Assembly: GCF_000006765.1 (NCBI RefSeq)
Contig: NC_002516.2
Length of the DNA: 64,000 nucleotides
Reading direction: 5' to 3' (one strand)
Source of the DNA: Pseudomonas aeruginosa PAO1
GTDB lineage: Bacteria; Pseudomonadota; Gammaproteobacteria; Pseudomonadales; Pseudomonadaceae
A model generated the notes under the pieces. It was not told the DNA's origin. It saw nothing but the letters and a program-made list of their open reading frames with translations, and ran no database searches. Position numbers and translations under genes: made by a program. Positions 29,159 through 40,492 of this stretch are shown one piece after another (positions within the stretch are counted from its first letter, which is position 1; each line of letters begins with the position of its first letter).

Positions 29159-30241
29159 TCACGCCTCGATCAGCGCCTCGACCTCGGCGATGCGCGCCTG
29201 CAGCGTCGCCCGGTCGGCACAACGCAGGGTGGCGTGGCCGACCTTGCGGCCGTTCTTGAAGGCCTTGCCGTAGTGATGCAGGTGGCAGTCGGCGACGGCG
29301 ACCACCTGAGCCACCGGGGGGACCGCGCCGATGAAATTGAGCATCGCGCTCTCGCCGACCTTGGCGGTCGAGCCCAGCGGCAGGCCGGCGACGGCGCGCA
29401 AGTGGTTCTCGAACTGGCTGCACTCGGCGCCTTCGATGGTCCAGTGCCCGGAGTTGTGCACGCGCGGGGCGATCTCGTTGGCCTTCAGGCCGCCGTCCAC
29501 CTCGAAGAACTCGAAGGCCAGCACGCCGACGTAGTCGAGCCGGGCCAGCACGCGGCCGACGTAGTCCTCGGCCAGCGCCTGCAACGGATGCCCGCTGCTG
29601 GCCACGGAGAGCTTGAGGATGCCGCTGTCGTGGGTGTTGTGCACCAGCGGGTAGAAACGCGTCTCGCCATCGCGAGCGCGCACCGCCACCAGCGAGACTT
29701 CCCCGGTGAACGGCACGAAGCCCTCGAGGATGCACGGCACGCTGCCCAGTTCGGCGAACGCGCCCTGCACGTCGGCCGGCTGGCGCAGGACCTTCTGGCC
29801 CTTGCCGTCGTAGCCCAGGGTGCGGGTCTTGAGCACCGCCGGCAGGCCGATGGCGGCTGCGGCGGCATCGAGGTCGGCCTGGGACTGGACGTCGGCGAAG
29901 TCCGGAGTGGGAATGCCAAGGTCCTTGAACATCGACTTCTCGAACCAGCGGTCGCGGGCGATGCGCAGCGACTCGGCGTTCGGGTAGACCGGCACGAACT
30001 GGGAGAGGAAGGCCACGGTTTCCGCCGGCACGCTCTCGAACTCGAAGGTTACCAGGTCGACCTCGTCGGCCAGTTGCCGCAGGTGCTCCTGGTCGCCGTA
30101 GTCGGCGCGGATGTGCTCGCCCAGGGAGGCCGCGCAGGCGTCCGGCGCCGGGTCGAGGAAAGCGAAGTTCATGCCCAGCGGGGTTCCCGCCAGGGCCAGC
30201 ATGCGGCCCAGCTGGCCGCCACCGATGACACCGATTTTCAT
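29159..30241 (-). CDS. purK: N5-CAIR synthetase
   Basis: GVIGGGQLGRML, TFEFESV, GYDGKGQ, NEIAPRVHNSGHWT. Confidence 0.97.
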   Translation of the reverse strand: MKIGVIGGGQLGRMLALAGTPLGMNFAFLDPAPDACAASLGEHIRADYGDQEHLRQLADEVDLVTFEFESVPAETVAFLSQFVPVYPNAESLRIARDRWFEKSMFKDLGIPTPDFADVQSQADLDAAAAAIGLPAVLKTRTLGYDGKGQKVLRQPADVQGAFAELGSVPCILEGFVPFTGEVSLVAVRARDGETRFYPLVHNTHDSGILKLSVASSGHPLQALAEDYVGRVLARLDYVGVLAFEFFEVDGGLKANEIAPRVHNSGHWTIEGAECSQFENHLRAVAGLPLGSTAKVGESAMLNFIGAVPPVAQVVAVADCHLHHYGKAFKNGRKVGHATLRCADRATLQARIAEVEALIEA

Positions 30242-30271
30242 GGTTCGAGCCTTACCTTCTCAGAGCCTGTC

Positions 30272-30763
30272 TCACGCATCGCGCGGGTCGGGATTGTCCA
30301 GCACGGTTTCGGTCTGGTTGGCGCGGAACTGCTTCAGCGCCTCGTGGTACTGCGGGTGCTTGGCGCCGAGGATGCTCGCCGAGAGCAGCGCCGCGTTGAC
30401 CGCGCCGGCCTTGCCGATGGCCAGGGTGGCGACCGGTACGCCGGCGGGCATCTGCACGATGGAGAGCAGCGAGTCGACACCCGACAGCATCGACGACTGT
30501 ACCGGCACGCCGAGTACCGGCAGGTGGGTCTTGGCCGCGCACATGCCCGGCAGGTGGGCGGCGCCGCCAGCGCCGGCGATGATCACTTCGAGGCCGCGGC
30601 CTTCGGCTTCCTCGGCGTACTGGAAGAGCAGGTCCGGGGTGCGGTGGGCGGAAACCACCTTCACTTCGTAGGGGATGCCCAGCTTGTCCAGCATGTCCGC
30701 GGTGTGACTGAGGGTGCTCCAGTCCGATTTGGAACCCATGATCACGCCAACCAGTGCGCTCAT
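30272..30763 (-). CDS. purE: N5-CAIR mutase
   Basis: [29 protein letters not shown]; 163 aa from ATG 30763. Confidence 0.97.
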   Translation of the reverse strand: MSALVGVIMGSKSDWSTLSHTADMLDKLGIPYEVKVVSAHRTPDLLFQYAEEAEGRGLEVIIAGAGGAAHLPGMCAAKTHLPVLGVPVQSSMLSGVDSLLSIVQMPAGVPVATLAIGKAGAVNAALLSASILGAKHPQYHEALKQFRANQTETVLDNPDPRDA

Positions 30764-30958
30764 CGTCGTGCCTCTCTCAAATGCGCCGTCCGGCGCGTCA
30801 GAAACCAACAAGCCACGCTTCGTCGAGGGGCGTGGCTTGTACTGGGCCGAGCCGGCGGGCAGTGCCGGTTCGAAGGCGGCGCAGTATACCGCAAAGGCAG
30901 GCCGGGCGCGCGCCGGGGGCTACCGTCCGTCCCGTTTTTTCGCGCCATGGCGGGAAAC

Positions 30959-30972
30959 TTGCCGCAACTCAA
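30959..30972. promoter_or_regulatory. Putative Anr (FNR-type) box upstream of adhA
   Basis: TTGCCGCAACTCAA vs consensus TTGAT-N4-ATCAA; Anr control of adhA is established. Confidence 0.5.
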
Positions 30973-31110
30973 TGCGCGCCTACCACGAGCGGCCAGACTG
31001 GTTGTCGCGGCGCGCTCCGAGGGAGCGGCGGCCGCGCCGGTTCCGCAGCCTGTCGCGGTGCCCGTCAAAGGCGCCGCGACAGGCGCTCAGCCCCGTCCAA
31101 GGAGATGACC

Positions 31111-32139
31111 ATGACCCTGCCACAGACCATGAAAGCCGCGGTCGTGCACGCCTACGGCGCGCCGCTGCGGATCGAGGAAGTCAAGGTTCCGCTGCCCGGC
31201 CCCGGGCAGGTACTGGTGAAGATCGAAGCCTCCGGCGTCTGCCACACCGACCTGCATGCCGCCGAGGGCGACTGGCCGGTGAAGCCGCCGTTGCCGTTCA
31301 TTCCCGGTCACGAAGGCGTCGGCTACGTCGCCGCGGTGGGCAGCGGAGTGACCCGAGTGAAGGAAGGCGACCGGGTCGGCATCCCCTGGCTGTACACCGC
31401 CTGCGGCTGCTGCGAGCACTGCCTGACCGGCTGGGAGACCCTCTGCGAGAGCCAGCAGAACACCGGCTACTCGGTGAACGGCGGCTATGCCGAATACGTA
31501 TTGGCCGACCCGAACTACGTCGGAATTCTGCCGAAAAACGTCGAATTCGCTGAAATCGCGCCGATCCTCTGCGCCGGCGTCACCGTCTACAAGGGGCTCA
31601 AGCAGACTAACGCGCGCCCCGGCCAGTGGGTGGCGATCTCCGGCATCGGCGGCCTCGGCCACGTCGCCGTGCAGTACGCCAGGGCCATGGGCCTGCACGT
31701 CGCCGCCATCGACATCGACGACGCCAAGCTGGAACTGGCGCGCAAGCTCGGTGCCAGCCTGACGGTCAACGCCCGGCAGGAAGACCCGGTGGAGGTGCTC
31801 CAGCGCGACATCGGCGGCGCCCACGGGGTGCTGGTCACCGCGGTATCCAATAGCGCCTTCGGCCAGGCCATCGGCATGGCGCGCCGCGGCGGCACCATCG
31901 CCCTGGTCGGCCTGCCGCCGGGTGACTTCCCGACGCCGATCTTCGACGTGGTGCTCAAGGGCCTGCACATCGCCGGCTCAATCGTCGGCACCCGCGCGGA
32001 CCTTCAGGAAGCCCTCGACTTTGCCGGCGAAGGCCTGGTCAAGGCGACCATCCATCCGGGCAAGCTGGACGACATCAACCAGATCCTCGACCAGATGCGC
32101 GCCGGGCAGATCGAGGGGCGCATCGTCCTTGAGATGTGA
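31111..32139 (+). CDS. adhA: Zn-dependent NAD alcohol dehydrogenase
   Basis: [28 protein letters not shown]; 342 aa after SD AAGGAG. Confidence 0.96.
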   Translation: MTLPQTMKAAVVHAYGAPLRIEEVKVPLPGPGQVLVKIEASGVCHTDLHAAEGDWPVKPPLPFIPGHEGVGYVAAVGSGVTRVKEGDRVGIPWLYTACGCCEHCLTGWETLCESQQNTGYSVNGGYAEYVLADPNYVGILPKNVEFAEIAPILCAGVTVYKGLKQTNARPGQWVAISGIGGLGHVAVQYARAMGLHVAAIDIDDAKLELARKLGASLTVNARQEDPVEVLQRDIGGAHGVLVTAVSNSAFGQAIGMARRGGTIALVGLPPGDFPTPIFDVVLKGLHIAGSIVGTRADLQEALDFAGEGLVKATIHPGKLDDINQILDQMRAGQIEGRIVLEM

Positions 32140-32175
32140 CCTGCGGGGCGGCGTCCCGGCGCCGCCCTTGCCTGT

Positions 32176-33084
32176 CTACTCGACGCTGCCCAGCCCGCCT
32201 TCCAGCTTGCGCCAGAGCAGGCGGATCGCCGCCTTGCGTACCAGCGCGCAGCGGTACAGGCGGATTTCCTGCGGCACGAACCATTGCGGCCCGCCACAGA
32301 TCGCCAGCTCGCCGCGCTCCAGTTCGTTGACCACGCTCAGCCGTGGCACCCAGGCCACGCCCATGCCTTGCAGCGCCATGCTCTTCAGGCTGTCGGCCAT
32401 CGCCGTCTCGTAGACTGTGGTGTAGCGCAGGTTGCGCTGGCGCAGCAGCAGGTTGACCCCGCGGCCGAGGAAGGCGCTGGCGCTGTAGGCGAGCAGCGGC
32501 ACGCTCTGGCCGTTCTCCAGGTCGAACAGCGGCTGGCCCTCGGCGTTCACCGCGCAAACCGGCAGCATCTCGGTGCGCCCCAGGTGCAGCGAGGGGAAGA
32601 TCTCCGGGTCCATCTGCAACGCGGCGTCAGGGTCGTAGAACGCCAGCATCAGGTCGCAGCTACCCTCGCGCAGGGAATGCACCGCCTCGCCGACGTTGGT
32701 GGCGATCAGCCGGCTGGCGATGTTCAGCCCCTCGTTGCGCAGCCGCGCGATCCACTGCGGGAAGAAGCCCAGCGCCAGCGAGTGGGCGGCGGCGAACTGC
32801 AGCACCTCGCCCTGCCCGCCTTCCAGGTGGTGCAGGTGGCGCACCACCTGGCCGAGCTGCTCGACCACGCTGCGCGCGGTGACCAGGAACAGCTGCCCGG
32901 CCTCGGTCAGTTCCACCGGCGTGCGCTGGCGATTCACCAGGGTCAGGCCGAGGGCGTCCTCCAGGCTGCGAATGCGCCGGCTGAAGGCCGGCTGGGTGAC
33001 GAAGCGTTTCTCCGCCGCCTGGGAAAAGCTGCGGGTGCCGGCCAGGGCGATGAAATCCTCCAGCCACTTCAGTTCGAGGTTCAC
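32176..33084 (-). CDS. LysR-family regulator divergent from aspA
   Basis: FS.AAEKRFVTQPAFSRRIRSLE HTH. Confidence 0.92.
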   Translation of the reverse strand: MNLELKWLEDFIALAGTRSFSQAAEKRFVTQPAFSRRIRSLEDALGLTLVNRQRTPVELTEAGQLFLVTARSVVEQLGQVVRHLHHLEGGQGEVLQFAAAHSLALGFFPQWIARLRNEGLNIASRLIATNVGEAVHSLREGSCDLMLAFYDPDAALQMDPEIFPSLHLGRTEMLPVCAVNAEGQPLFDLENGQSVPLLAYSASAFLGRGVNLLLRQRNLRYTTVYETAMADSLKSMALQGMGVAWVPRLSVVNELERGELAICGGPQWFVPQEIRLYRCALVRKAAIRLLWRKLEGGLGSVE

Positions 33085-33148
33085 GACGGGAAAGGCTCCG
33101 GTAATGCGATGACACGTCCGCCATCATACCAGCGTCACATCCAACATT

Positions 33149-33163
33149 ATGCCGTTTGTGCAT
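33149..33163. promoter_or_regulatory. LysR recognition box
   Basis: ATGC-N7-GCAT (T-N11-A) between the LysR gene and aspA. Confidence 0.6.
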
Positions 33164-33259
33164 GAGGCAGCGTTTAACAGCATTGGCCACGAAATCGTCA
33201 CATCCTTAGTCTAGTGGGCATCGCGGCACTGGCCGTGTCCCTCTGAGACAAATCCCGTC

Positions 33260-34684
<1,425 letters not shown>

Positions 34685-34757
34685 TCCGATACGAGATCGA
34701 GCGCGCCCAGGTCCGGCTGTCGACGCAGCCGGGCCGCAGCGCAGCCGATCGAAGAAG

Positions 34758-34939
34758 GCTCACCGGTAGAGGGGGAGTACTACCCCCTCGACCTTTAGGG
34801 ATGGATACCCTTCATCCCTTCTTTTATACCCGGCGCCCCGGCCCAGCCGCGGCGCCACGCTCACCGGTCGAGAGGGATACCAACTTTCCCTCTCTACACT
34901 CTGAGGGACACGGCGACCTGCGGTGTCCCTTCTTTTTTT
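34758..34939 (+). ncRNA. Candidate tandem structured RNA / terminator units (2 copies, 101-bp period)
   Basis: Each copy is GCTCACCGGT + hairpin + hairpin + TCTTTT; stems differ in sequence between copies but both pair. Confidence 0.4.
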
Positions 34940-35047
34940 CACCGCTCAAGACGGCCCGCAGATCTTCCCCGTTGCCGAGGTGTTGTGTGGCTGCGCTCAC
35001 CTGTGGATAACGTCCGCGTCATACGTCCTACGAAGGCATATCCCCTC

Positions 35048-36262
35048 TCAACACCCCGTCAACCCTTGCTCCCGCCGCTCCTCCGGGAAGAAATAGGGCC
35101 TCAATACCCGTACCCCGACGCTGTTGCCGGCAAACGCCGCCACCAACCACAACCAGCCATGCAGGCTGCCGGACGCGATCCCGCTGAAATACGCGCCGAT
35201 GTTGCAGCCATAGGCCAGGCGCGCGCCGTAGCCGAGCAGCAGCCCGCCGATCACCGCCGCCGCCAGCGAACGGCGCGGGATGTCCAGGTTCGGCGCGAAG
35301 CGTCCGGCCAGGCCGGCGGCGAGCAGCGCGCCGAGGACGATGCCGATGTCCATCACGCTGGTGATGTCTTCCCACAGCGGCGCGGCCAGCGCCTTGGCGT
35401 TCGCCGGCGTCTGCCAGAAAGCCCAGGCGCCGACGTCCAGGCCCACGCCCTGGGCGATCTTCGCGCCCCACAGGGCGAAGGCCGACGTGATGCCCCAGGG
35501 GCGTCCGGCGAGGTACAGGGTGAGGAAGTTGAGCAGCGCCAGCGCCAACGCGCCCCAGACCAGCGGCCAGGGGCCGCGGAGGAAGCGCCGCCAACCCCGC
35601 CATTCGACGCTCGGCGGGGTTTCCAGGGTGCCGTGGCGGGCCTTCTCCATGCGTACCGTGACCCCGGCGATGCCGATGAACACCGCCAGGCTCAACACCA
35701 GCGCCGGTGCCAGGCCCAGTTCGGCGACCAGCGAGATCGGCGGCAGCGACGGCAGGGCGAACCACCAGCCGACATGCTGGGTGGCGATCAGCGAGCCGAG
35801 GATGAAGAACAGCAGGGTCACCAGCATCCGCGCGTTGCCGCCGCCGACGGTGAACAGGGTGCCGGAGGCGCAGCCGCCGCCCAGTTGCATGCCGATGCCG
35901 AAAATGAAGGCGCCGACGATCACCGAAGTACCGACCGGCGAGACGAAACCGCTCACCGGCTGGCCGAACAGGCTGCCCGCCGCCAGCGCCGGGAAGAACA
36001 GCAGCACCGCCAGCGCCAGCATCACCATCTGCGCGCGCAGCCCGGCGCCGCGCCGTTCGCGGATGAATACCCGCCAGGCGGAGGTGAAGCCGAAGGCGGC
36101 ATGGTAGAGGGTCAGGCCCAGGGCGCCGCCGACGATGAAGAGGATGGCCTGGCGCGCGCTGACCGCGTTGAACAGGAACAGCCCGCCGAGCACCAGCAGG
36201 GCGAAGGCGATCAGGGGGGCGGCGAGCTTGCGCTCGGGCGCGGCGGAAAGGGCGACACTCAT
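35048..36262 (-). CDS. YeeE/YedE-family (thiosulfate transporter-like) membrane protein
   Basis: GIGMQLGGGCASGTL and GARLAYGCNIG motifs; about 10 TM helices. Confidence 0.88.
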   Translation of the reverse strand: MSVALSAAPERKLAAPLIAFALLVLGGLFLFNAVSARQAILFIVGGALGLTLYHAAFGFTSAWRVFIRERRGAGLRAQMVMLALAVLLFFPALAAGSLFGQPVSGFVSPVGTSVIVGAFIFGIGMQLGGGCASGTLFTVGGGNARMLVTLLFFILGSLIATQHVGWWFALPSLPPISLVAELGLAPALVLSLAVFIGIAGVTVRMEKARHGTLETPPSVEWRGWRRFLRGPWPLVWGALALALLNFLTLYLAGRPWGITSAFALWGAKIAQGVGLDVGAWAFWQTPANAKALAAPLWEDITSVMDIGIVLGALLAAGLAGRFAPNLDIPRRSLAAAVIGGLLLGYGARLAYGCNIGAYFSGIASGSLHGWLWLVAAFAGNSVGVRVLRPYFFPEERREQGLTGC

Positions 36263-36298
36263 GGCTACTCCTGGGCGCGAGGGTGATCCGGGGGCATT

Positions 36299-37774
36299 CT
36301 AGTCAGTCGCGACGACGGGTCCAACCAGGGCCTCCCGCCGCCAGGCCTTGCGCAACGCCCGCAGCGCCTCGTCGATACGCGCCTCGGGTACTGCCGCGAA
36401 GCCCAGCACCAGGCCCGCGCGGTCGTCTGGCGCAACGCTGGAGTCGTCCATCCAGTAGTCGCTCAAGGCGCTGACTTCCACCCCGGCGGCTGCCGCCGCG
36501 GCGATCAGGGCCCGCTCCCGCGCCAGGCTGTCGACCCGCACGCACAGGTGCAGCCCCGCCTCCACCGCCGGCAACGGCTGGCAACCCGGCGCCTCTGGCC
36601 AGCCCCACAGCAAGGCGTCGCGGCGGGCGCGGGCGGCGCGGCGCATGCGGCGGACGTGGCGCTGGAAATGCCCCTCGGCGATGAAGTCGGCCATGACCCG
36701 CTGGGTGCCCACCTCCGAATGGCGTACCTCGATGGCCCGCCGCTGGCGGAAGCGCTCGACCAGCGCCGGCGGGACCACCAGGTAGCCCAGGCGCAACGCC
36801 GGGAAGGCGATCTTGCAGAAGGTCCCGACGTAGAGCACCCGGCCCTGTCGGTCCAGCGCGGCCAGCGGCGCCAGCGGCGTACCGCTGTAGCGATACTCGC
36901 CGTCGTAGTCGTCCTCGACGATCCAGCCGTCGGCGCGCTCGGCCCACTCCAGCAGCTCCAGGCGCCGCGCCAGCGACAGGGTGACGCCGGTGGGGTACTG
37001 GTGTGACGGCGTGACATAGGCCAGGCGGCAGCCGGCGATGCCCGCGAGCCGGTCGCTGCGCAGGCCCTCGGCGTCGATGTCGATCCCGTGCGGTACCGCG
37101 CCGGTCGCGGCGAAGGCCAGGCGCGCCGCGCGGTAGCCGGGGTTTTCCACAGCCACCGGATCGCCGTTCTCGAGCAACACCTGGGCGCACAGGCGGATGG
37201 CCTGCTGCGCGCCATGGGTGACGATCACCTGTTCCGCCTCGCAGCGCAGGCCGCGCGCGCTGCGCAGGTAGGCGGCGATCAGCTCGCGCAGGCGCGCCTC
37301 GCCGGCCGGGTCGCCGTAGCCCAGGCAGTCCGCCGGCGGGTTGCGCCAGAAGCGCGCCTGTAGCCGCGCCCAGGTGTCGAAGGGGAACAGGTCGAAGGCC
37401 GGCACGCCGACGCGGAACGCTCGCGGCGCGCCTTCCGGTGGCGGCGCCAGGGCCGCCGGGCCGCGCGGCGCGGGAGCGCTCGGGGCGACGGCGGGGGCCC
37501 TGCCTGGGATTTCCTGCAACTCGGCAACGTAGGTGCCGTCGCCTGTGCGCCCGTCGATATAGCCCTCGGCGTGCAACTGTTCATAGGCCCGCACCACGGT
37601 GTTGCGCGAGACCTTCAGGGCCTGGGCCAGCTCGCGGCTGGCGGGCATCCGCGTGCGGCTGCCGAGGCGGCCGTCGAGGATCCGTTCGCGCAGCGCGGCG
37701 TAGAGCTGGCGGGCCAGGCCCTGGGCGGGGTCGAGGTGGATGCCGGCGGCGTCGAAGGGCAGTACGGTGGCCAT
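36299..37774 (-). CDS. MocR/GabR-family regulator (GntR HTH + PLP aminotransferase domain)
   Basis: LYAALRERIL.G..PASRELA..VSRNTV; YVTPSHQYPTG, EDDYDGEYRY. Confidence 0.93.
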   Translation of the reverse strand: MATVLPFDAAGIHLDPAQGLARQLYAALRERILDGRLGSRTRMPASRELAQALKVSRNTVVRAYEQLHAEGYIDGRTGDGTYVAELQEIPGRAPAVAPSAPAPRGPAALAPPPEGAPRAFRVGVPAFDLFPFDTWARLQARFWRNPPADCLGYGDPAGEARLRELIAAYLRSARGLRCEAEQVIVTHGAQQAIRLCAQVLLENGDPVAVENPGYRAARLAFAATGAVPHGIDIDAEGLRSDRLAGIAGCRLAYVTPSHQYPTGVTLSLARRLELLEWAERADGWIVEDDYDGEYRYSGTPLAPLAALDRQGRVLYVGTFCKIAFPALRLGYLVVPPALVERFRQRRAIEVRHSEVGTQRVMADFIAEGHFQRHVRRMRRAARARRDALLWGWPEAPGCQPLPAVEAGLHLCVRVDSLARERALIAAAAAAGVEVSALSDYWMDDSSVAPDDRAGLVLGFAAVPEARIDEALRALRKAWRREALVGPVVATD

Positions 37775-37805
37775 GGCGGTCTCGGAGGGAAGAAAGCGCC
37801 AGTGT

Positions 37806-37852
37806 GGATTGGACCTGTGGAATTGACCAGCAATGGATCTTCTAGCGGACCA
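37806..37852. promoter_or_regulatory. Putative MocR operator repeats
   Basis: Repeated TTGGACC / TTGACC / TGGATC / GGACC motifs in the short divergent intergenic region. Confidence 0.4.
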
Positions 37853-37901
37853 TTTCCCGGCCTAGTCTGGAGGCACCTTTACCCGGACATGGAACCGAGC
37901 C

Positions 37902-38351
37902 ATGAGCACGTCCCTGCAGATTCGTCCCGTCGGCGCCGGCGACCACGCCGCCTGGCTGCCGCTGTGGGAGGGCTACCAGCGCTTCTACAAGACCGAGATC
38001 GCCGCCGCTACCAGCGACGCCACCTGGCAGCGCTTCCTCGACGCCGACGAACCGATGAACGCCGCCCTCGCCTGGCTCGACGAGCGCGCCGTGGGCCTGG
38101 TGCACTGGATCTACCACCGCTCCTGCTGGACCGTCGGCGACTACTGCTACCTGCAGGACCTGTTCGTCGCCGAGGGCCTGCGCGGCGAAGGCATAGGGCG
38201 CCGGCTGATCGAGCATGTCTACGCCGAGGCCGGCGCCGCTGGCTGTTCGCGGGTGCACTGGCTGACCCACGAGAGCAACAGCGACGCGATGAAGCTGTAC
38301 GAGCGCATCGCCGACAAGTCCGGTTTCCTTCAGTACCGCAGGATTCTCTGA
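37902..38351 (+). CDS. GNAT-family N-acetyltransferase
   Basis: YLQDLFV..RGEGIGRRLIE; HWLTHESN.AMKLY. Confidence 0.9.
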   Translation: MSTSLQIRPVGAGDHAAWLPLWEGYQRFYKTEIAAATSDATWQRFLDADEPMNAALAWLDERAVGLVHWIYHRSCWTVGDYCYLQDLFVAEGLRGEGIGRRLIEHVYAEAGAAGCSRVHWLTHESNSDAMKLYERIADKSGFLQYRRIL

Positions 38352-38359
38352 GGCCCACC

Positions 38360-39034
38360 ATGCGCGAACCCTTGAACTGGCGCCCCGTCGCCACTCCACC
38401 CCACGCCCCGCTCGACGGCCGCTTCGTCAAGCTCGAACCGCTCGATCCGCAACGCCACGGCGACGACCTGTGGGACGCCCTGCAAGGGCCTGGTGCCGAC
38501 CCGTTGCTGTGGGAATACCTGGCCTACGGCCCGTTCGCCGAGCGCCCGGCGTTCGACGCCTGGCTGGCCGGCCAGGCGGCCAGCCGCGACCCGCTGTTCT
38601 TCGCCGTGCGCGAGCGGCGCACGCAGCGCGCCGTCGGCCTGCTCAGCTACCTGCGGATCACGCCGAAGGATGGCGTCATCGAAATCGGCCATATCGCCTT
38701 CGGCGCGCCGATGCAGCGCACACCGGGGTCTACCGAGGCGGTCTACCTGCTCGCCGAACTCGCCCTCGGCCGCCTCGGCTACCGCCGCCTGGAGTGGAAG
38801 TGCAATGCCGGCAACGCCCGTTCGCTGCGCGCCGCCGAGCGCCTGGGCTTCACCTACGAAGGCACCTTCCGCCAGCACATGGTGGTCAAGCAGCGCAACC
38901 GCGACACCGCCTGGTTCTCCCTGCTCGACAGCGAATGGCCGGCGCGACGGGCGGCGTTCGAGCGCTGGCTCGATCCTTCCAACTTCGACGCCGAAGGCCG
39001 CCAGCGGCAGACGCTGGAGGCGCTGCGCGACTAG
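38360..39034 (+). CDS. RimJ/RimL-type GNAT acetyltransferase
   Basis: IEIGHI.F...MQRT..STEA, GYRRLEWKCN..N..S..AA.RLGF.YEG.FRQH.VVK.RNRDTAW. Confidence 0.9.
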   Translation: MREPLNWRPVATPPHAPLDGRFVKLEPLDPQRHGDDLWDALQGPGADPLLWEYLAYGPFAERPAFDAWLAGQAASRDPLFFAVRERRTQRAVGLLSYLRITPKDGVIEIGHIAFGAPMQRTPGSTEAVYLLAELALGRLGYRRLEWKCNAGNARSLRAAERLGFTYEGTFRQHMVVKQRNRDTAWFSLLDSEWPARRAAFERWLDPSNFDAEGRQRQTLEALRD

Positions 39035-39058
39035 CCCCTGGCAGGGACTGCCGGTCGC

Positions 39059-40312
39059 TCAACGGTACTCCGGCAGCCAGTGCAGGCTGGCCAGGATGTG
39101 CGCGACCGCGTTGGCCACGCCGAACAGCAGCACCAGCACGATCGCCGGCGTGCCGCCCCAGGCGCGGAACAGCGGGCTGCCGAAGCGCTTGCGCGAGGCC
39201 CGCGCCATCAGCGCCGGAACGATCACCGCCCAGAACGCCGCGGCCAGCCCGGCGAAACCGATGGCGTAGATGAAGCCGTTGGGGAACAGCAGCCCGCCGA
39301 TGGTCGGTGGGACGAAGGTCAGCAACGCGGTCTTGAAGCGCCCGAAGTGGCTGTCGTCGAACCTGCACAGGTCGGCCAGGTAGTCGAACAGGCCGAGGGT
39401 CACGCCGAGGAAGGAGCTGGCCACCGCCAGGTTGGAGAAGGTGGTGAGCAACGCTTTCAGCGAATCCGACGCGGTGATCCGGTGCAGGTATTCCACCAGG
39501 GTGCCGACGTTGCTGCCGCCGGCGATGATGCCCTTGAACTGCTCGCGCGGGATGGTGCCCAGGGTGCTGGCCTGCCACAGCAGGTAGATGGCCAGGGCGA
39601 TCAGGGTGCCGATCCACAACGAACGGCTGATCCGCTGCGGGTCCTTGCCGTAGTACTTCATCAGGCTCGGCACGTTGCCGTGGTAACCGAAGGAAGTCAG
39701 GCAGAACGGCAGGGTCGCCAGCAGGTAGGGCCAGTAAACCGCGTCCGGCTCGCCGCTGTTGAACAGGATCGCCGGCTGGATGCGCCCGAGCAGGCCGCTG
39801 ATGGAGAGGCCGAAGGTAATGATCATGCCGCCGAGCATCAGCGTGGTGATGCGGTCCACCGCGCGGGTGCTCCACCACACCACCAGCGCCACCGCCAGGG
39901 CGAACAGCAGCCCGGCGAGCTTTTCCGGCAGGGTCACGCCGAGGCCGCTGGACAGGGTGTAGCCGATGATCGAGCCGCCGCCGGAGATATAGGCATAGGT
40001 GAGGATATAGAGGACGAAGGCGATGCTCAGCCCGTTGACCACATTCCAGCCCTGGCCGAGCAGGTCGCGGGTGATGGTCGAGAAGCTCGAGCCCACCGGG
40101 TAGTTGAGGTTGGCCTCGAGGATCATCATCCCCGACAGCAGCATGCAGAACCAGGTGAGCAGGAACACCGCCACCGACCAGCCGAACCAGATGCCGGACA
40201 TGGCGATGGGCAGGGAGAACATTCCGGCGCCGACGGCGGTGCCGGCGATGATCATCGAACCGCCGAGCAGCGAGGGCCGGCGGCTGGGCGTTTGAGCTGG
40301 AGAGGACGACAC
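39059..40312 (-). CDS. mtr: Tryptophan/aromatic amino acid permease (HAAAP family)
   Basis: [41 protein letters not shown]. Confidence 0.92.
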   Translation of the reverse strand: MSSSPAQTPSRRPSLLGGSMIIAGTAVGAGMFSLPIAMSGIWFGWSVAVFLLTWFCMLLSGMMILEANLNYPVGSSFSTITRDLLGQGWNVVNGLSIAFVLYILTYAYISGGGSIIGYTLSSGLGVTLPEKLAGLLFALAVALVVWWSTRAVDRITTLMLGGMIITFGLSISGLLGRIQPAILFNSGEPDAVYWPYLLATLPFCLTSFGYHGNVPSLMKYYGKDPQRISRSLWIGTLIALAIYLLWQASTLGTIPREQFKGIIAGGSNVGTLVEYLHRITASDSLKALLTTFSNLAVASSFLGVTLGLFDYLADLCRFDDSHFGRFKTALLTFVPPTIGGLLFPNGFIYAIGFAGLAAAFWAVIVPALMARASRKRFGSPLFRAWGGTPAIVLVLLFGVANAVAHILASLHWLPEYR

Positions 40313-40441
40313 CTGGACTTCCCGATAGTCAGCGCCTGCGGCGCGACGCGCCGTTGGGCAGAGGCGGCATTCTAGGCGGCGCGCGCGCCGGGCGCACCCT
40401 GGCAGGGCGAACAGCCAGCCGACGCGGCAACCGATGCCGAT

Positions 40442-40467
40442 AAAAAAAGGGGAGCATCATGCTCCCC
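40442..40467 (-). terminator. Rho-independent terminator of pycAB
   Basis: GGGGAGCAT-G-ATGCTCCCC followed by T7 on the minus strand. Confidence 0.8.
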
Positions 40468-40492
40468 CAGGGACTTTAACCGTCTGTCGCGG

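Noticed and set aside
34758-34939. Mini-CRISPR array
   Set aside because: Only two diverged units, no constant repeat with unique spacers, no cas genes
34801-35010. 69-aa ORF as a type I toxin
   Set aside because: Runs through U-tract terminators, is not hydrophobic and has poor codon usage
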